From a phage, in the NCBI GenBank assembly GCA_019326865.1, contig GCA_019326865.1_4101.1: a stretch of DNA of 64,000 bases; one strand, 5' to 3'. The first letter of the stretch is position 1. Each line of letters starts with the position of its first letter. Below the pieces are notes generated by a model. The model saw only the letters and a program-made list of their open reading frames with translations, did not search any database and was not told the DNA's origin. Shown here one piece after another: positions 9,407 to 18,595 of this stretch. A program made the position numbers and the translations under genes.

Positions 9407-10635
9407 ATAACCAATATGTTGAACAAACAATAGTGAAACACTTGGCTGGGTCACAAGCCTACGGAACCAGTACACCTGAAAGTGATACTGATTATCGTGG
9501 TATTTTTCTTGCTAATAAAGAATTTATTCTTACGCCATTCTATAAGGTTAAAGAAGTAGCTGATAAAAATGAAGAAGATACCAAATTCTATGAGTTAAAT
9601 CAGTATTTAAAATTATACACTGATGCTAACCCTAATATTCTGGAATCACTATGGGTTGAACCAGAACACATTGTAGAAAGTACTGAGATTTATGACTATC
9701 TTCGTTCATTTAACCAAAAACTTCTTAGTTCTAAGATTGCATTTTCATATACTGGGTATGCATACAACCAGCTTAAGCGTATGTCAAATCATCATGGTTG
9801 GATGGATAAAGAGCGTATTGCTGAAAAACGATTAAATGAGATTTTAGAAGAACACCCAGTCGATGAGGTTATTGCATGGATGTATGATACATTCCCACAA
9901 TATCTTGTTGAACGTTTAGATACATCTAACTTACATCCATTTAATGCTAAAAAGATCGATTTTGAAAAATATATGCGTGATACGTCATTGCAGTTAGTTT
10001 CGAAAAATCCATTAAAGCAATATCATTTTGTAAGATTAGTGCATAACTACACTACTGACAAAATTCTAGATCGTGATTTCAATTTATTGAATTTTAATAA
10101 TGGCTATGAACTAATTCATTACGGAGAAAACATTTTTGCGATTATTAAAAATCCGAATGAAAGCACTATCAACGGTGATGGTTCATTGCGTTATTTTTCT
10201 AAAGAGCGTAGTTCTGAAGAGTTGAAAACCCAACCAGAACTAATTGTAAAATTTAACGAAAAAGAATATCAGGAGAATAGTGAGAATAGAAAAAGTTATC
10301 ATAAATGGAAAGAAAATCGTAATGCAAAACGTGCTATTTTAGAATCAAAACACGGTTACGATTGCAAAAGTGCAATGCATACAATTAGACTTTTAAATAG
10401 TGCAGAAGATGCATTACAAAGTGGTATTATTCAAGTCAAACGTCCAGATGCACAAATGTTGATGGATATTCGTAATGGTAAATGGAAGTATGAAGAAGTC
10501 TTAGAATATTTCGATGATAAAGTACAATACATTCGTGATGTTCTATATAAGAAATCAGTACTTCCCAAAAAACCTAACATCAAGTTAGCATCGAAAATTA
10601 TAATTGATATTCGAGAAATGCAATGGTATAAGTAA
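9403..10635 (+). CDS. predicted Pol-beta-superfamily nucleotidyltransferase
   Basis: N-terminal GSQAYGTSTPESDTDYRGIF fits the [GS]-x(9-13)-D-x-[DE] NTase signature; 410 aa. Confidence 0.5.
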   Translation: MNNQYVEQTIVKHLAGSQAYGTSTPESDTDYRGIFLANKEFILTPFYKVKEVADKNEEDTKFYELNQYLKLYTDANPNILESLWVEPEHIVESTEIYDYLRSFNQKLLSSKIAFSYTGYAYNQLKRMSNHHGWMDKERIAEKRLNEILEEHPVDEVIAWMYDTFPQYLVERLDTSNLHPFNAKKIDFEKYMRDTSLQLVSKNPLKQYHFVRLVHNYTTDKILDRDFNLLNFNNGYELIHYGENIFAIIKNPNESTINGDGSLRYFSKERSSEELKTQPELIVKFNEKEYQENSENRKSYHKWKENRNAKRAILESKHGYDCKSAMHTIRLLNSAEDALQSGIIQVKRPDAQMLMDIRNGKWKYEEVLEYFDDKVQYIRDVLYKKSVLPKKPNIKLASKIIIDIREMQWYK

Positions 10636-10697
10636 TATATGGGTGTAATAGTTATAAAAATTCCATTACACACCAAATCACTTCAGTGATTTATAAC

Positions 10698-10725
10698 TTG
10701 ACATTGAAAAATAATTATGTATAAT
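10698..10725 (+). promoter_or_regulatory. sigma70-like promoter (TTGACA, 16-nt spacer, TATAAT)
   Basis: consensus hexamers read directly; followed at 10727-10756 by a hairpin plus T6 run upstream of the ACP-like gene. Confidence 0.5.
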
Positions 10726-10769
10726 TAGAGAACTTCATATGGAATTCTCTTTTTTATAAGGGTGATAAA

Positions 10770-11171
10770 ATGTTAAATGAACGTATTAAAAATGCACTAT
10801 ATGTATTGAACCAAGAAGTTAATTCTATTCATAAAAGTACTGAGCGATATAAAGTATTACATGAAATTAGACAAGAATTGGAATCTATTAATAAGGGAAA
10901 ATGGGTTCTTGAACGCGAACGAACTATTGTTGAAAAAGCAATTGCAAAATTCATCTCGGAACGTTATGGTAAAATTTCAGAGGAAGATGTACTAATGAAC
11001 TTACATCTTTCACAAACGGAAGTGATGGAGAAATTTCATTTTGATTCATTAGACTGGTTAGAAATGATCATGGAATTGGAAGAAGAATTCAATGTAGAAG
11101 TAGATTTATATTATGAAAAACAAGAAACCAAACTATATGAACTAGCAGAACACATTAAACTAATGATGTAA
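10770..11171 (+). CDS. acyl carrier protein-like protein with N-terminal extension
   Basis: FHFDSLDWLEMIMELEEEFNVEVD parallels the ACP phosphopantetheine-site helix (DSLDTVELVMALEEEF). Confidence 0.6.
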   Translation: MLNERIKNALYVLNQEVNSIHKSTERYKVLHEIRQELESINKGKWVLERERTIVEKAIAKFISERYGKISEEDVLMNLHLSQTEVMEKFHFDSLDWLEMIMELEEEFNVEVDLYYEKQETKLYELAEHIKLMM

Positions 11172-11224
11172 ACATATACCATTATATACTCTAAATAATA
11201 TCATCAACCACAGGAGATATTATT

Positions 11225-11599
11225 ATGAGTATACTAGAAATAATAGTTTCAAACATTCTTATTCCATATTGGAAACCAATTTCTTTTGCATTATTAATTA
11301 GTGGTTCAGCAATTGCGGGTTGGAAAGCTAATACTTATTATACTGGTTATCAAGAAAGTATAGAGCAACAAATAGCCAAAAAAGTTGATATAGCACTTGA
11401 TAAAATGCAACAAGAAAATACAAAAAGCTATCTTGAAACAAAAAAAATTATGGAAGATAATACAAAAGTCATTGAAACAAAGGTTCCTTATATAGTAGAA
11501 CGTGAAGTTTATAAAAATGTTTGTTTAGATGAAGATGGTGTAAAAGTACTGAATGAACTTAAACAAAATTCTAAAGCGGCAAGGAATAAATTCAAATGA
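11225..11599 (+). CDS. putative i-spanin (Rz-like)
   Basis: 124 aa; N-terminal hydrophobic TM segment then charged helical region; overlaps the next gene by 4 nt. Confidence 0.5.
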   Translation: MSILEIIVSNILIPYWKPISFALLISGSAIAGWKANTYYTGYQESIEQQIAKKVDIALDKMQQENTKSYLETKKIMEDNTKVIETKVPYIVEREVYKNVCLDEDGVKVLNELKQNSKAARNKFK

Positions 11600-11904
11600 A
11601 AAAAATGTTAGTACCGTTTATTTCTTTTTTAATTATAAGTGGATGTGCAGAACAAGTAAAAGTACAATCCCCTGCACCAATTAAACAAGAAATTCTGTTA
11701 GAAAGATGTGATGATGACACACCACTACCACAAAAAATTATGATTGACCAAAACGGATTTAAAGGGTATAGTGGGAGTGAAATTCTCAAAGTTCTTACCC
11801 GTTGGGATGCAATCTATAACGAATGTGCATTGAAACATGATGCATTGATCAAAACCATTCGTGATTTACAAGGTAAAGATATTAAAATAAATATCAAGGA
11901 TTAA
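11596..11904 (+). CDS. putative o-spanin lipoprotein (Rz1-like)
   Basis: 102 aa; signal peptide with lipobox LIISGC; further Cys residues; Pro-rich. Confidence 0.55.
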   Translation: MKKMLVPFISFLIISGCAEQVKVQSPAPIKQEILLERCDDDTPLPQKIMIDQNGFKGYSGSEILKVLTRWDAIYNECALKHDALIKTIRDLQGKDIKINIKD

Positions 11905-11905
11905 A

Positions 11906-12517
11906 ATGAACAAATATCATGTTTATTATACAACAAAGTTATCCCTTCTTGATGAATTAAATCACCGAAGTACTAAGATGAAACGTTATACTTTAAATGG
12001 TATTACTTTTCGATATTTCCCACAAAAAGTCCTTACTTTTGTCAAGAATCCAAAATGCGTGGCATGTGGGATTGAAGCCACTGAAGTACGCATTGAACGT
12101 ACATTTAGTTCTGATCCAGTTTATGGTAAACCACATTTAAATGTATATGCGGTATGTGGTCTTTATGAAGTGTTGATGACAGTTGATCACAACCATCTGG
12201 CATCGAAGGGTGGTTGTGATTTAGAGTCAAACTTTAATACTATGTGCTCCAAATGCAATCAACTACGTTCTAATAAAACCGAAACAGTTGATGAGTTTCT
12301 TGAGAAAGTTAAAGATCGTAATCTTCTCCAAGAACATATGAATAAATTCTTTAACGTACAAAAAAAGAAAAATAACATTGACAAGTCGAAACTACTAGAA
12401 GAACGTAGGTTACGTCAAGAATTATGGGAAACAGACCATCTATGGCATGTTCGAGAATTTGGTCGTCATATGAAAGCTTTGAAAAAAGAACAGAAGAAAT
12501 TGAATAAACATGATTGA
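11906..12517 (+). CDS. HNH endonuclease
   Basis: VDHNHLASKGGCDLESNFNTMCSKCNQLRSNK fits the HNH motif (DH...N...C-x-x-C-N). Confidence 0.6.
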   Translation: MNKYHVYYTTKLSLLDELNHRSTKMKRYTLNGITFRYFPQKVLTFVKNPKCVACGIEATEVRIERTFSSDPVYGKPHLNVYAVCGLYEVLMTVDHNHLASKGGCDLESNFNTMCSKCNQLRSNKTETVDEFLEKVKDRNLLQEHMNKFFNVQKKKNNIDKSKLLEERRLRQELWETDHLWHVREFGRHMKALKKEQKKLNKHD

Positions 12518-12530
12518 TATGATATTATAG

Positions 12531-12558
12531 GGACTTGAGTATTCAAGTCCTTTTTTTT
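12531..12558 (+). terminator. intrinsic terminator
   Basis: stem GGACTTGA/TCAAGTCC, loop GTAT, T8 run. Confidence 0.7.
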
Positions 12559-12569
12559 GGAGAAGATAA

Positions 12570-12926
12570 ATGAAATCTAAAATATTTTTACCACAATTAA
12601 TGTGGCATCTAGCAGAGTTAGATGAAGATGATGAATATACTGACTATGGTGCATGGGATGACAGTACTGAAACTTTTAAATCAGATGTAAAATATAAAAT
12701 CATCTGCAATGAAAGCAAAGGGCACAGAAGGTGGACTGAAGAATTTGATCTCGTATTTCTTGACATGAGTACAAATAAGTTTTATCATTGTACTTATGAA
12801 CGAGGTTTAACAGAAGATAGACCAGTACAACCATTCAGTAATGAAACTGATGGTGTTAAGTGCAATGAAGTTTCTGTAACCAGAGAAGAAATTATCACTT
12901 ATCGAACTTTGTGGAAATATTTGTAA
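12570..12926 (+). CDS. hypothetical protein
   Basis: 118 aa ORF. Confidence 0.6.
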   Translation: MKSKIFLPQLMWHLAELDEDDEYTDYGAWDDSTETFKSDVKYKIICNESKGHRRWTEEFDLVFLDMSTNKFYHCTYERGLTEDRPVQPFSNETDGVKCNEVSVTREEIITYRTLWKYL

Positions 12927-12927
12927 A

Positions 12928-13326
12928 ATGCTTAAAGAATTAGATTTTTCAAACTTAGAAATTATCAGTGCTGTAAAAAACATTTCCGATATGGGTGATG
13001 AGAAAGCAGTTCTTGTTACTATTACTTTTGTAAAAGAAAAAGATAGCTATAGCCATTTAACGGGTATTGAAGAACTAATTCATAAAACCAATCTTGAGAA
13101 TGATGGTAAACTCATCAAGCTTCAGGCTTCCTATACGCAAAAAACGTCAAATTTTATAGACCTAAATAATGTAGTCAAGGTGGTATACAATCATCCTGAA
13201 CACACATATAGGAATACGTCAAGAAATGAAAATGTTGCTAACGATTCGAATATTATCGAAGATGTTGAATTCATAAACACAATTTTTGATCGTTGTTCTA
13301 AGGATTTAAAAAAAGTATACATGTAA
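12928..13326 (+). CDS. hypothetical protein
   Basis: 132 aa ORF. Confidence 0.6.
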   Translation: MLKELDFSNLEIISAVKNISDMGDEKAVLVTITFVKEKDSYSHLTGIEELIHKTNLENDGKLIKLQASYTQKTSNFIDLNNVVKVVYNHPEHTYRNTSRNENVANDSNIIEDVEFINTIFDRCSKDLKKVYM

Positions 13327-13329
13327 TGG

Positions 13330-13355
13330 GACATTATATGTTCCAATGATATAAT
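13330..13355 (+). promoter_or_regulatory. extended -10 promoter element (TGATATAAT)
   Basis: TGaTATAAT at 13347-13355; weak -35; same 9-mer recurs at five other sites. Confidence 0.4.
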
Positions 13356-13632
13356 GTATATAGAAAATGACAACGGACATTGAAAAATGGACACTGAGAA
13401 CCTACTTCTCTTGAAAATGTAAAGGATAGATGAGCTTTACCGTTGTAGCGAACAGCAGAAGAAACCTGTTAGAGTACTGGCATTCAAACAAACACGATAT
13501 AAGACCACGAATCACGGCGACACGGCTGTATAAAGAACTCCGATAAGCATACAGAGAGTTCCTAGATAGATGTATAAGGTTCGCACCTTACCAGATTTGC
13601 TAAGGGAGTTCAAGGATTGCGGACGCATTTTT

Positions 13633-13662
13633 TACAAGAAAGTTGCGTCCAAAATTTGAGAA
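13633..13662 (+). repeat. direct repeat copy 1 (TACAAGAAAGTTGCGTCCAAAATTTGAGAA)
   Basis: 28/30 identical to copy at 13785-13814; both preceded by a T-run. Confidence 0.8.
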
Positions 13663-13784
13663 CAAGTACTACTTTGATCGAATAGAGTTAGTACTGAGTG
13701 CTGTTGATGAAAAGACCAGCGACCGTTGCATATGACTGCGATAGAGAGAAACCGAGCAACCCGCTTTCGCTCTCTAATTTTTGG

Positions 13785-13814
13785 TACAAGAAAGATCCGT
13801 CCAAAATTTGAGAA
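13785..13814 (+). repeat. direct repeat copy 2
   Basis: TACAAGAAAGATCCGTCCAAAATTTGAGAA. Confidence 0.8.
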
Positions 13815-13850
13815 ATTCGCAATTCGATAATATCCGATGCCATCATCGTC

Positions 13851-13878
13851 AAGAGAGACTTAATTGTCTCTTTTTTAT
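13851..13878 (+). terminator. intrinsic terminator closing the ORF-free island
   Basis: stem AAGAGAGAC/GTCTCTTTT (up to 9 bp), loop TTAATT, T6 run. Confidence 0.65.
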
Positions 13879-14016
13879 TACCTTCATTCCCCTGCGGGGG
13901 GATGTAATAGTCCTCAACAAATCCCGTCAAGTCTTTAAAGTACATTATCATTTTTAGAAGGAACTAGTTTACGAAGTAAACGCAGTGACTTCTTGAGTTA
14001 CGAGAGAACGAAGTGA

Positions 14017-14445
14017 ATGAGTAACACAACGAAAATATCCGATAAATCTGAATTAACACAAATGTTATTCAAAGAATATTTTGAGTTTCAGATAAAAGAC
14101 GAACATCAATTACCACAGCAATATTTGAAAAGAATTAAAGATCCGTCAATAATTACTAAAGAAACAAATTTTTATAATAGTATTTTGGATTTCGTTAAAT
14201 CAGTTCATACAACAAGACCTATTGTAGTTTTGTTTTTTGATAAATCTATTCCTTTAGTAGTTCCTGAAAATGTAGTTTTTATTTCAGAAACTGATTTAAA
14301 TAACCAAAGTACTGTAAGTAGACTAAGAAATTGCTTACTTGTAGTATGTGATTCTTCGTTGTATAATAACAGAATACTATGGGATAGAAGTAAACGCAAT
14401 GCAATTGCAGAAATGAATCCTGAAGTTACATTTATTATTAACTAA
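14017..14445 (+). CDS. hypothetical protein
   Basis: 142 aa ORF. Confidence 0.6.
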   Translation: MSNTTKISDKSELTQMLFKEYFEFQIKDEHQLPQQYLKRIKDPSIITKETNFYNSILDFVKSVHTTRPIVVLFFDKSIPLVVPENVVFISETDLNNQSTVSRLRNCLLVVCDSSLYNNRILWDRSKRNAIAEMNPEVTFIIN

Positions 14446-14476
14446 ATACCATATAATAACTCTAAGGAGAGATTTT

Positions 14477-14917
14477 ATGGAAAATATTGAAAATTTAAGA
14501 CATGTTATGGATTTTATCATTGATACTGAAGAAGATAATGCTTATGATGAAATCTTACTAACTTTTATTGAAAATAGTTTGTTTTTAAGTTCTGCTGCAC
14601 ATAGCTGGCATTTACAAAGCCGTTTCTACACAAAGCATCTTCAATTGGATGAACTATACAAAGAGTTACCAGAGTACGTTGATGCATTTGTTGAGGGTAT
14701 AATGAATACTCGTGGGGCATTACAGGTAGGTACTGGTAACAGTTATCGATTTACCCACATTGAGGATTGTGTTCCAATTCTTGAAGAGTATTCTAGCCAA
14801 TGTAAAGCAATTCATGCTATGCTCGAAGAGGCAGAAGACTATGGCAGTACTAACACACTAGAAGATATTATGAGTTTTGTCGATGGTGTGCTTTACAAAC
14901 TTAAAGTGTTACAATAA
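14477..14917 (+). CDS. Dps/ferritin-like protein
   Basis: AAHSWHLQSRFYTKHLQLDELYKELPEYVDAFVE parallels Dps HWN...HEMLD...; AAGGAG RBS. Confidence 0.5.
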   Translation: MENIENLRHVMDFIIDTEEDNAYDEILLTFIENSLFLSSAAHSWHLQSRFYTKHLQLDELYKELPEYVDAFVEGIMNTRGALQVGTGNSYRFTHIEDCVPILEEYSSQCKAIHAMLEEAEDYGSTNTLEDIMSFVDGVLYKLKVLQ

Positions 14918-14924
14918 ACTACAT

Positions 14925-14954
14925 GGAGAGCCGTAACGACTCTCCTTTTCTTTT
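14925..14954 (+). terminator. intrinsic terminator
   Basis: stem GGAGAG/CTCTCC, 9-nt loop, TTTTCTTTT. Confidence 0.6.
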
Positions 14955-14965
14955 GGAGAAATAAA

Positions 14966-15583
14966 ATGAAATCTCATGATTTAGCAAAATTACTACTATC
15001 TCAACCAAATCTAGACATTTATCATTATGATGTGGATAGTGAATTGCATTATCAGAATTTTGATAATAAATTAATGGTCACCCCATCTGGTATTTTCACA
15101 ACGGTAAAACCTACATCAGTTTCTGAAAATGTACTTACACCATACGAAACCCCCCTCTTGGGTCATGTACAAATTTTCTTTAAGGATGGTACTATTACTC
15201 CAAAATTGGAGGGTTCATATATTCAAACTGTTCTTAACTTAGAATCTGGGTTGATATTTAACATTCCTTATGAAAAACCAATTGTTTTATTAGGTAAAAA
15301 TCAATCAGCACTATCAGGGAATCAAAATGCTGTTTGGTATACACCCGATGATATTGATTTCATTTCTGTACTGACAGAATATGAACCTAGCACTTGGCAT
15401 GGAACATGGGAAACTATGTCGTATGATGAAGCAATTGAATGTGGTAAAAATTTAGTTAAAATGTTATTTCCACAAAAAGAAGAACTTTCACAAGAACAAA
15501 TTGATTCATTTTCTAAAGATTTTCCTGATTCTGAATTCAATGTAAAAGTATCACCTTCTATGATTGATAAAATTGAAAAATAA
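14966..15583 (+). CDS. hypothetical protein (paralog of ORF at 16319)
   Basis: 205 aa; N-terminus MKSHDLAKLLLSQPNLDIYH resembles MKAKDLAALLMQNPEMEVYH. Confidence 0.65.
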   Translation: MKSHDLAKLLLSQPNLDIYHYDVDSELHYQNFDNKLMVTPSGIFTTVKPTSVSENVLTPYETPLLGHVQIFFKDGTITPKLEGSYIQTVLNLESGLIFNIPYEKPIVLLGKNQSALSGNQNAVWYTPDDIDFISVLTEYEPSTWHGTWETMSYDEAIECGKNLVKMLFPQKEELSQEQIDSFSKDFPDSEFNVKVSPSMIDKIEK

Positions 15584-15589
15584 AAGAGG

Positions 15590-15949
15590 TTGAACATGAG
15601 TGATTATCGCGTAACATCTGGACTAATGGCACGTCTTATTGAAGCAGTTCCTGAAGATGATTATGAAGCTATTTCAGATCGTCTTTTTGAAGCAGATTCT
15701 AAGCTCCATATTACATATGATGGTACATTAATTTACAGTACTGATATTGATATTCCTAGCTATGAATTTGAGATTTCTTTTGGTAGCAAACTAACTACTG
15801 AAGAATTCGCTCGAAAATGTGAGCGTGAAGGGTTGTGTATTGATATTAGTTCAGTTCAGCCATATACATCACTGTGGTATGATGGTACTGATAGTCCAAT
15901 GTCTACTACATCTTTAAAGGATTTTCTAAATGCAAATCAAAAAGATTAA
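15590..15949 (+). CDS. hypothetical protein
   Basis: 119 aa ORF. Confidence 0.6.
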   Translation: MNMSDYRVTSGLMARLIEAVPEDDYEAISDRLFEADSKLHITYDGTLIYSTDIDIPSYEFEISFGSKLTTEEFARKCEREGLCIDISSVQPYTSLWYDGTDSPMSTTSLKDFLNANQKD

Positions 15950-16322
15950 ATTCCACCAGCATTGTTCTATACATGAATGTGATGATTGTGGTATGAACAT
16001 GAGTAACATTTATACAGTTTCCTGTAAAGGATTTAAATTCACTCACGGTGAACCTGCTTATTGTTATGGCACAGAAGAAGGTGATATCGAGGTAGTTCTG
16101 AAAGAATTATTCCAATACTTGCAAAGTTCTGGACATGATGTTACAATGCCCACATATTACGAAGATGATTATGACTCACATATAGAAGAAAATACATATT
16201 ATAATCAATTCGTTCATGGTAATGGTTTTATCACATACCTTCATGTGAATGGTATTGAGGTAAAAACCAAGTACACTAGTGATGATTACGAAAGTGATGA
16301 CTCTATGGAGATTGAAGATTGA
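15930..16322 (+). CDS. hypothetical protein
   Basis: 130 aa ORF, Cys/His-containing N-terminus. Confidence 0.55.
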   Translation: MQIKKIKFHQHCSIHECDDCGMNMSNIYTVSCKGFKFTHGEPAYCYGTEEGDIEVVLKELFQYLQSSGHDVTMPTYYEDDYDSHIEENTYYNQFVHGNGFITYLHVNGIEVKTKYTSDDYESDDSMEIED

Positions 16323-16900
16323 AAGCAAAAGACCTAGCAGCACTGTTGATGCAGAACCCAGAAATGGAAGTGTATCATGAGCACATGCATATTAATGATA
16401 TGTGTGAATCGTACTATTCACCAGAAAATGTGTCTGGAATTGAAATCACACCAAGTGGTGTATTCATCAGTACTGAATATATTGATTTCGATGACCGTCA
16501 AGAAATCAAAACTCCACACAATAAGCCCAGAATCGGAACTATCGATCTGGTATTCCATCAGGAACGTTTAGTTGAGTACGATGAAGACGATGGTTCTATG
16601 GTAACTGATGTTGAAAATGTCGTTTTTCCTTTTTATAACGCATATGAAGACCCAACTACTGGAGAAGATTTCTTCCGTGAGCTATTCGAGGATGGTCAAG
16701 TTTATGGTCAGGATGGTACTGTTTTTGTACTGGACCCTAACTATGTGCCAGATCACAATACATGGCAATTCTATACACCACAAGATGTAATGGAAGTTAA
16801 AGTACTTACGGACATTGACGAAAAATGGAATCCGGTATATACTACAATGACATATGAAGAGGCTAAAAAATACTTCATTTCTAAATTAAACATTACATAA
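16319..16900 (+). CDS. hypothetical protein (paralog of ORF at 14966)
   Basis: 193 aa; shared N-terminal and C-terminal blocks with ORF 14966. Confidence 0.65.
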   Translation: MKAKDLAALLMQNPEMEVYHEHMHINDMCESYYSPENVSGIEITPSGVFISTEYIDFDDRQEIKTPHNKPRIGTIDLVFHQERLVEYDEDDGSMVTDVENVVFPFYNAYEDPTTGEDFFRELFEDGQVYGQDGTVFVLDPNYVPDHNTWQFYTPQDVMEVKVLTDIDEKWNPVYTTMTYEEAKKYFISKLNIT

Positions 16901-16920
16901 TAGTAAGGATTCATAAATTT

Positions 16921-17202
16921 ATGAAAATTGTTGCAAGTGCATGGATGAAACTGACAGATGGTACAACTGCTTTTGAAGATTATGGTTTTGTTGAAAGTGT
17001 TGATGATTTAAAGCGTTTTAAACGTGATAACAGTGATAATGTATTTGAAATTGTATTTACATATCATCACATTTCAAACGATACTGATTATGAACATTAT
17101 TACTATCATCCTGAGTTATTGGAAATCCTTGTATGTGATAATCATCATGAAATTGATGAAAATACAGCTTTGATTATGTTGAGTACCGTATCTCCGGTAT
17201 AA
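16921..17202 (+). CDS. hypothetical protein
   Basis: 93 aa ORF. Confidence 0.55.
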   Translation: MKIVASAWMKLTDGTTAFEDYGFVESVDDLKRFKRDNSDNVFEIVFTYHHISNDTDYEHYYYHPELLEILVCDNHHEIDENTALIMLSTVSPV

Positions 17203-17210
17203 GGAGTAAT

Positions 17211-17690
17211 ATGTATAATCTTATAATTATCCGAGAGCCACATTATAGTGGTGATGAATCAGTAGAGGGTGAGGTTTTAGTATATCAAAGTTATGAATAC
17301 AGTGGGATTGAAACTGAATTAATGGTTTATTTACGTGAGCATTTGTATCTGTATCGCACAGAACCCCATAAACAGTATGGGGATATAATGTTTATCGTAA
17401 CGCATAATGGTACAGTTATTGAACATGTTAATATGACAAATAACATGGATTTTCATAATTACACACAACCTACTAAACCCATAAGTAATAAATTCATTGA
17501 TGTTTATAATGAATTACGTAAGAATGTTTCCAAAAATGATGCATTCTGTACTAATATTAGGATAGAAGAAAGTAAAACAAAAAGGAATCTTATTAAAAAG
17601 TATGAGGAAGAACGTAAAAAAGATCAGGAGATTAAACGTTTACATGAGTTAATGAAGAAATATCCAGATGAGGTTAAAAGTGGCACTTAG
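17211..17690 (+). CDS. hypothetical protein
   Basis: 159 aa ORF. Confidence 0.6.
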   Translation: MYNLIIIREPHYSGDESVEGEVLVYQSYEYSGIETELMVYLREHLYLYRTEPHKQYGDIMFIVTHNGTVIEHVNMTNNMDFHNYTQPTKPISNKFIDVYNELRKNVSKNDAFCTNIRIEESKTKRNLIKKYEEERKKDQEIKRLHELMKKYPDEVKSGT

Positions 17691-18018
17691 AGGTTCAACT
17701 CAATATAAATGCATTACTGAGATCAGGAAGAAAGACGGAACACTAATTGACAGGCAATTAAAACAGGAGTATAAAGACCTAATAGATGTTCTACGAAATG
17801 AAAGTTTTGGTGGTAAGCGTAGACAGAAGATTTATGAATTCATGAAGAATGGTTTGGAAATTCAAGTTAATGGTATTCATTGTACACAAACCAAAAATGA
17901 TCCAGATATTTTACGTCTTTTAAAAGAGGGTAAAATAGAAATGTTTAATGTCCCTATTTCATCCTACGGCAATAGACTAAAATGTAAGCACACATACTTA
18001 AGGATGAAAAATGGGTAA
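17668..18018 (+). CDS. hypothetical protein
   Basis: 116 aa ORF, basic. Confidence 0.55.
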   Translation: MRLKVALRGSTQYKCITEIRKKDGTLIDRQLKQEYKDLIDVLRNESFGGKRRQKIYEFMKNGLEIQVNGIHCTQTKNDPDILRLLKEGKIEMFNVPISSYGNRLKCKHTYLRMKNG

Positions 18019-18595
18019 ATTAGTATATTACTATGGTAGTATGTCCAGTGGTAAAAGCACTCATCTTTTACAAAACGCATATAACCATAAGAAAAATGGA
18101 ATGAAGGTAATTTACTTAACCAGTGCACTTGATGATCGTTATGGAACCGGAAAGATCACTTCAAGAATTGGTATTGAAGCTGATGCTGAAGTAATTCCAA
18201 AAAATGACATTAGTGTTCTTCTTAAAGTTAAAGAAACACTCAATAATGATGTTGACATTAACAGCATTTATGTTGATGAATGTCAATTTTTAAACAGAGA
18301 GCAGATTGACCATTTGGCTGATATTGCCGATAATTATGGTGTTGATGTTTCCTGTTATGGTATTCGAACAGATTTTGAATCTAATCTATTTGAAGGTTCC
18401 CACCGACTTTTTGAAATAGCTGATGATATACATGAACTTAAGAATGTGTGTGAGAATCAGAAGTGTGGGAAAGAAGCTACCATGAATGCACGTATTGTAG
18501 ACAGTACTGAAAAAGTTTTCATTGGTGGTAACGAATCCTATAAAAGTTTGTGTAGAAAATGTTATAAAGAATATATGAGGAATAAAAATGGCTGA
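18011..18595 (+). CDS. tk: thymidine kinase
   Basis: P-loop YYGSMSSGKST and overall type II thymidine kinase layout with C-terminal Cys pairs. Confidence 0.9.
   Translation: MGKLVYYYGSMSSGKSTHLLQNAYNHKKNGMKVIYLTSALDDRYGTGKITSRIGIEADAEVIPKNDISVLLKVKETLNNDVDINSIYVDECQFLNREQIDHLADIADNYGVDVSCYGIRTDFESNLFEGSHRLFEIADDIHELKNVCENQKCGKEATMNARIVDSTEKVFIGGNESYKSLCRKCYKEYMRNKNG

Noticed and set aside
13400-13900. Possible tRNA gene(s) in the GC-elevated island
   Set aside because: Candidate T-arm-like segments (GGTTCGCACC, GAGTTCAAGG) lack the conserved T-loop A58/C61 pattern and matching acceptor stems when folded by eye; needs tRNAscan-SE to settle
13688-13951. 87-aa minus-strand ORF inside the ORF-free island
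   Set aside because: No Shine-Dalgarno sequence upstream, runs antisense through the terminator hairpins and direct repeat; more likely chance ORF in a GC-richer patch
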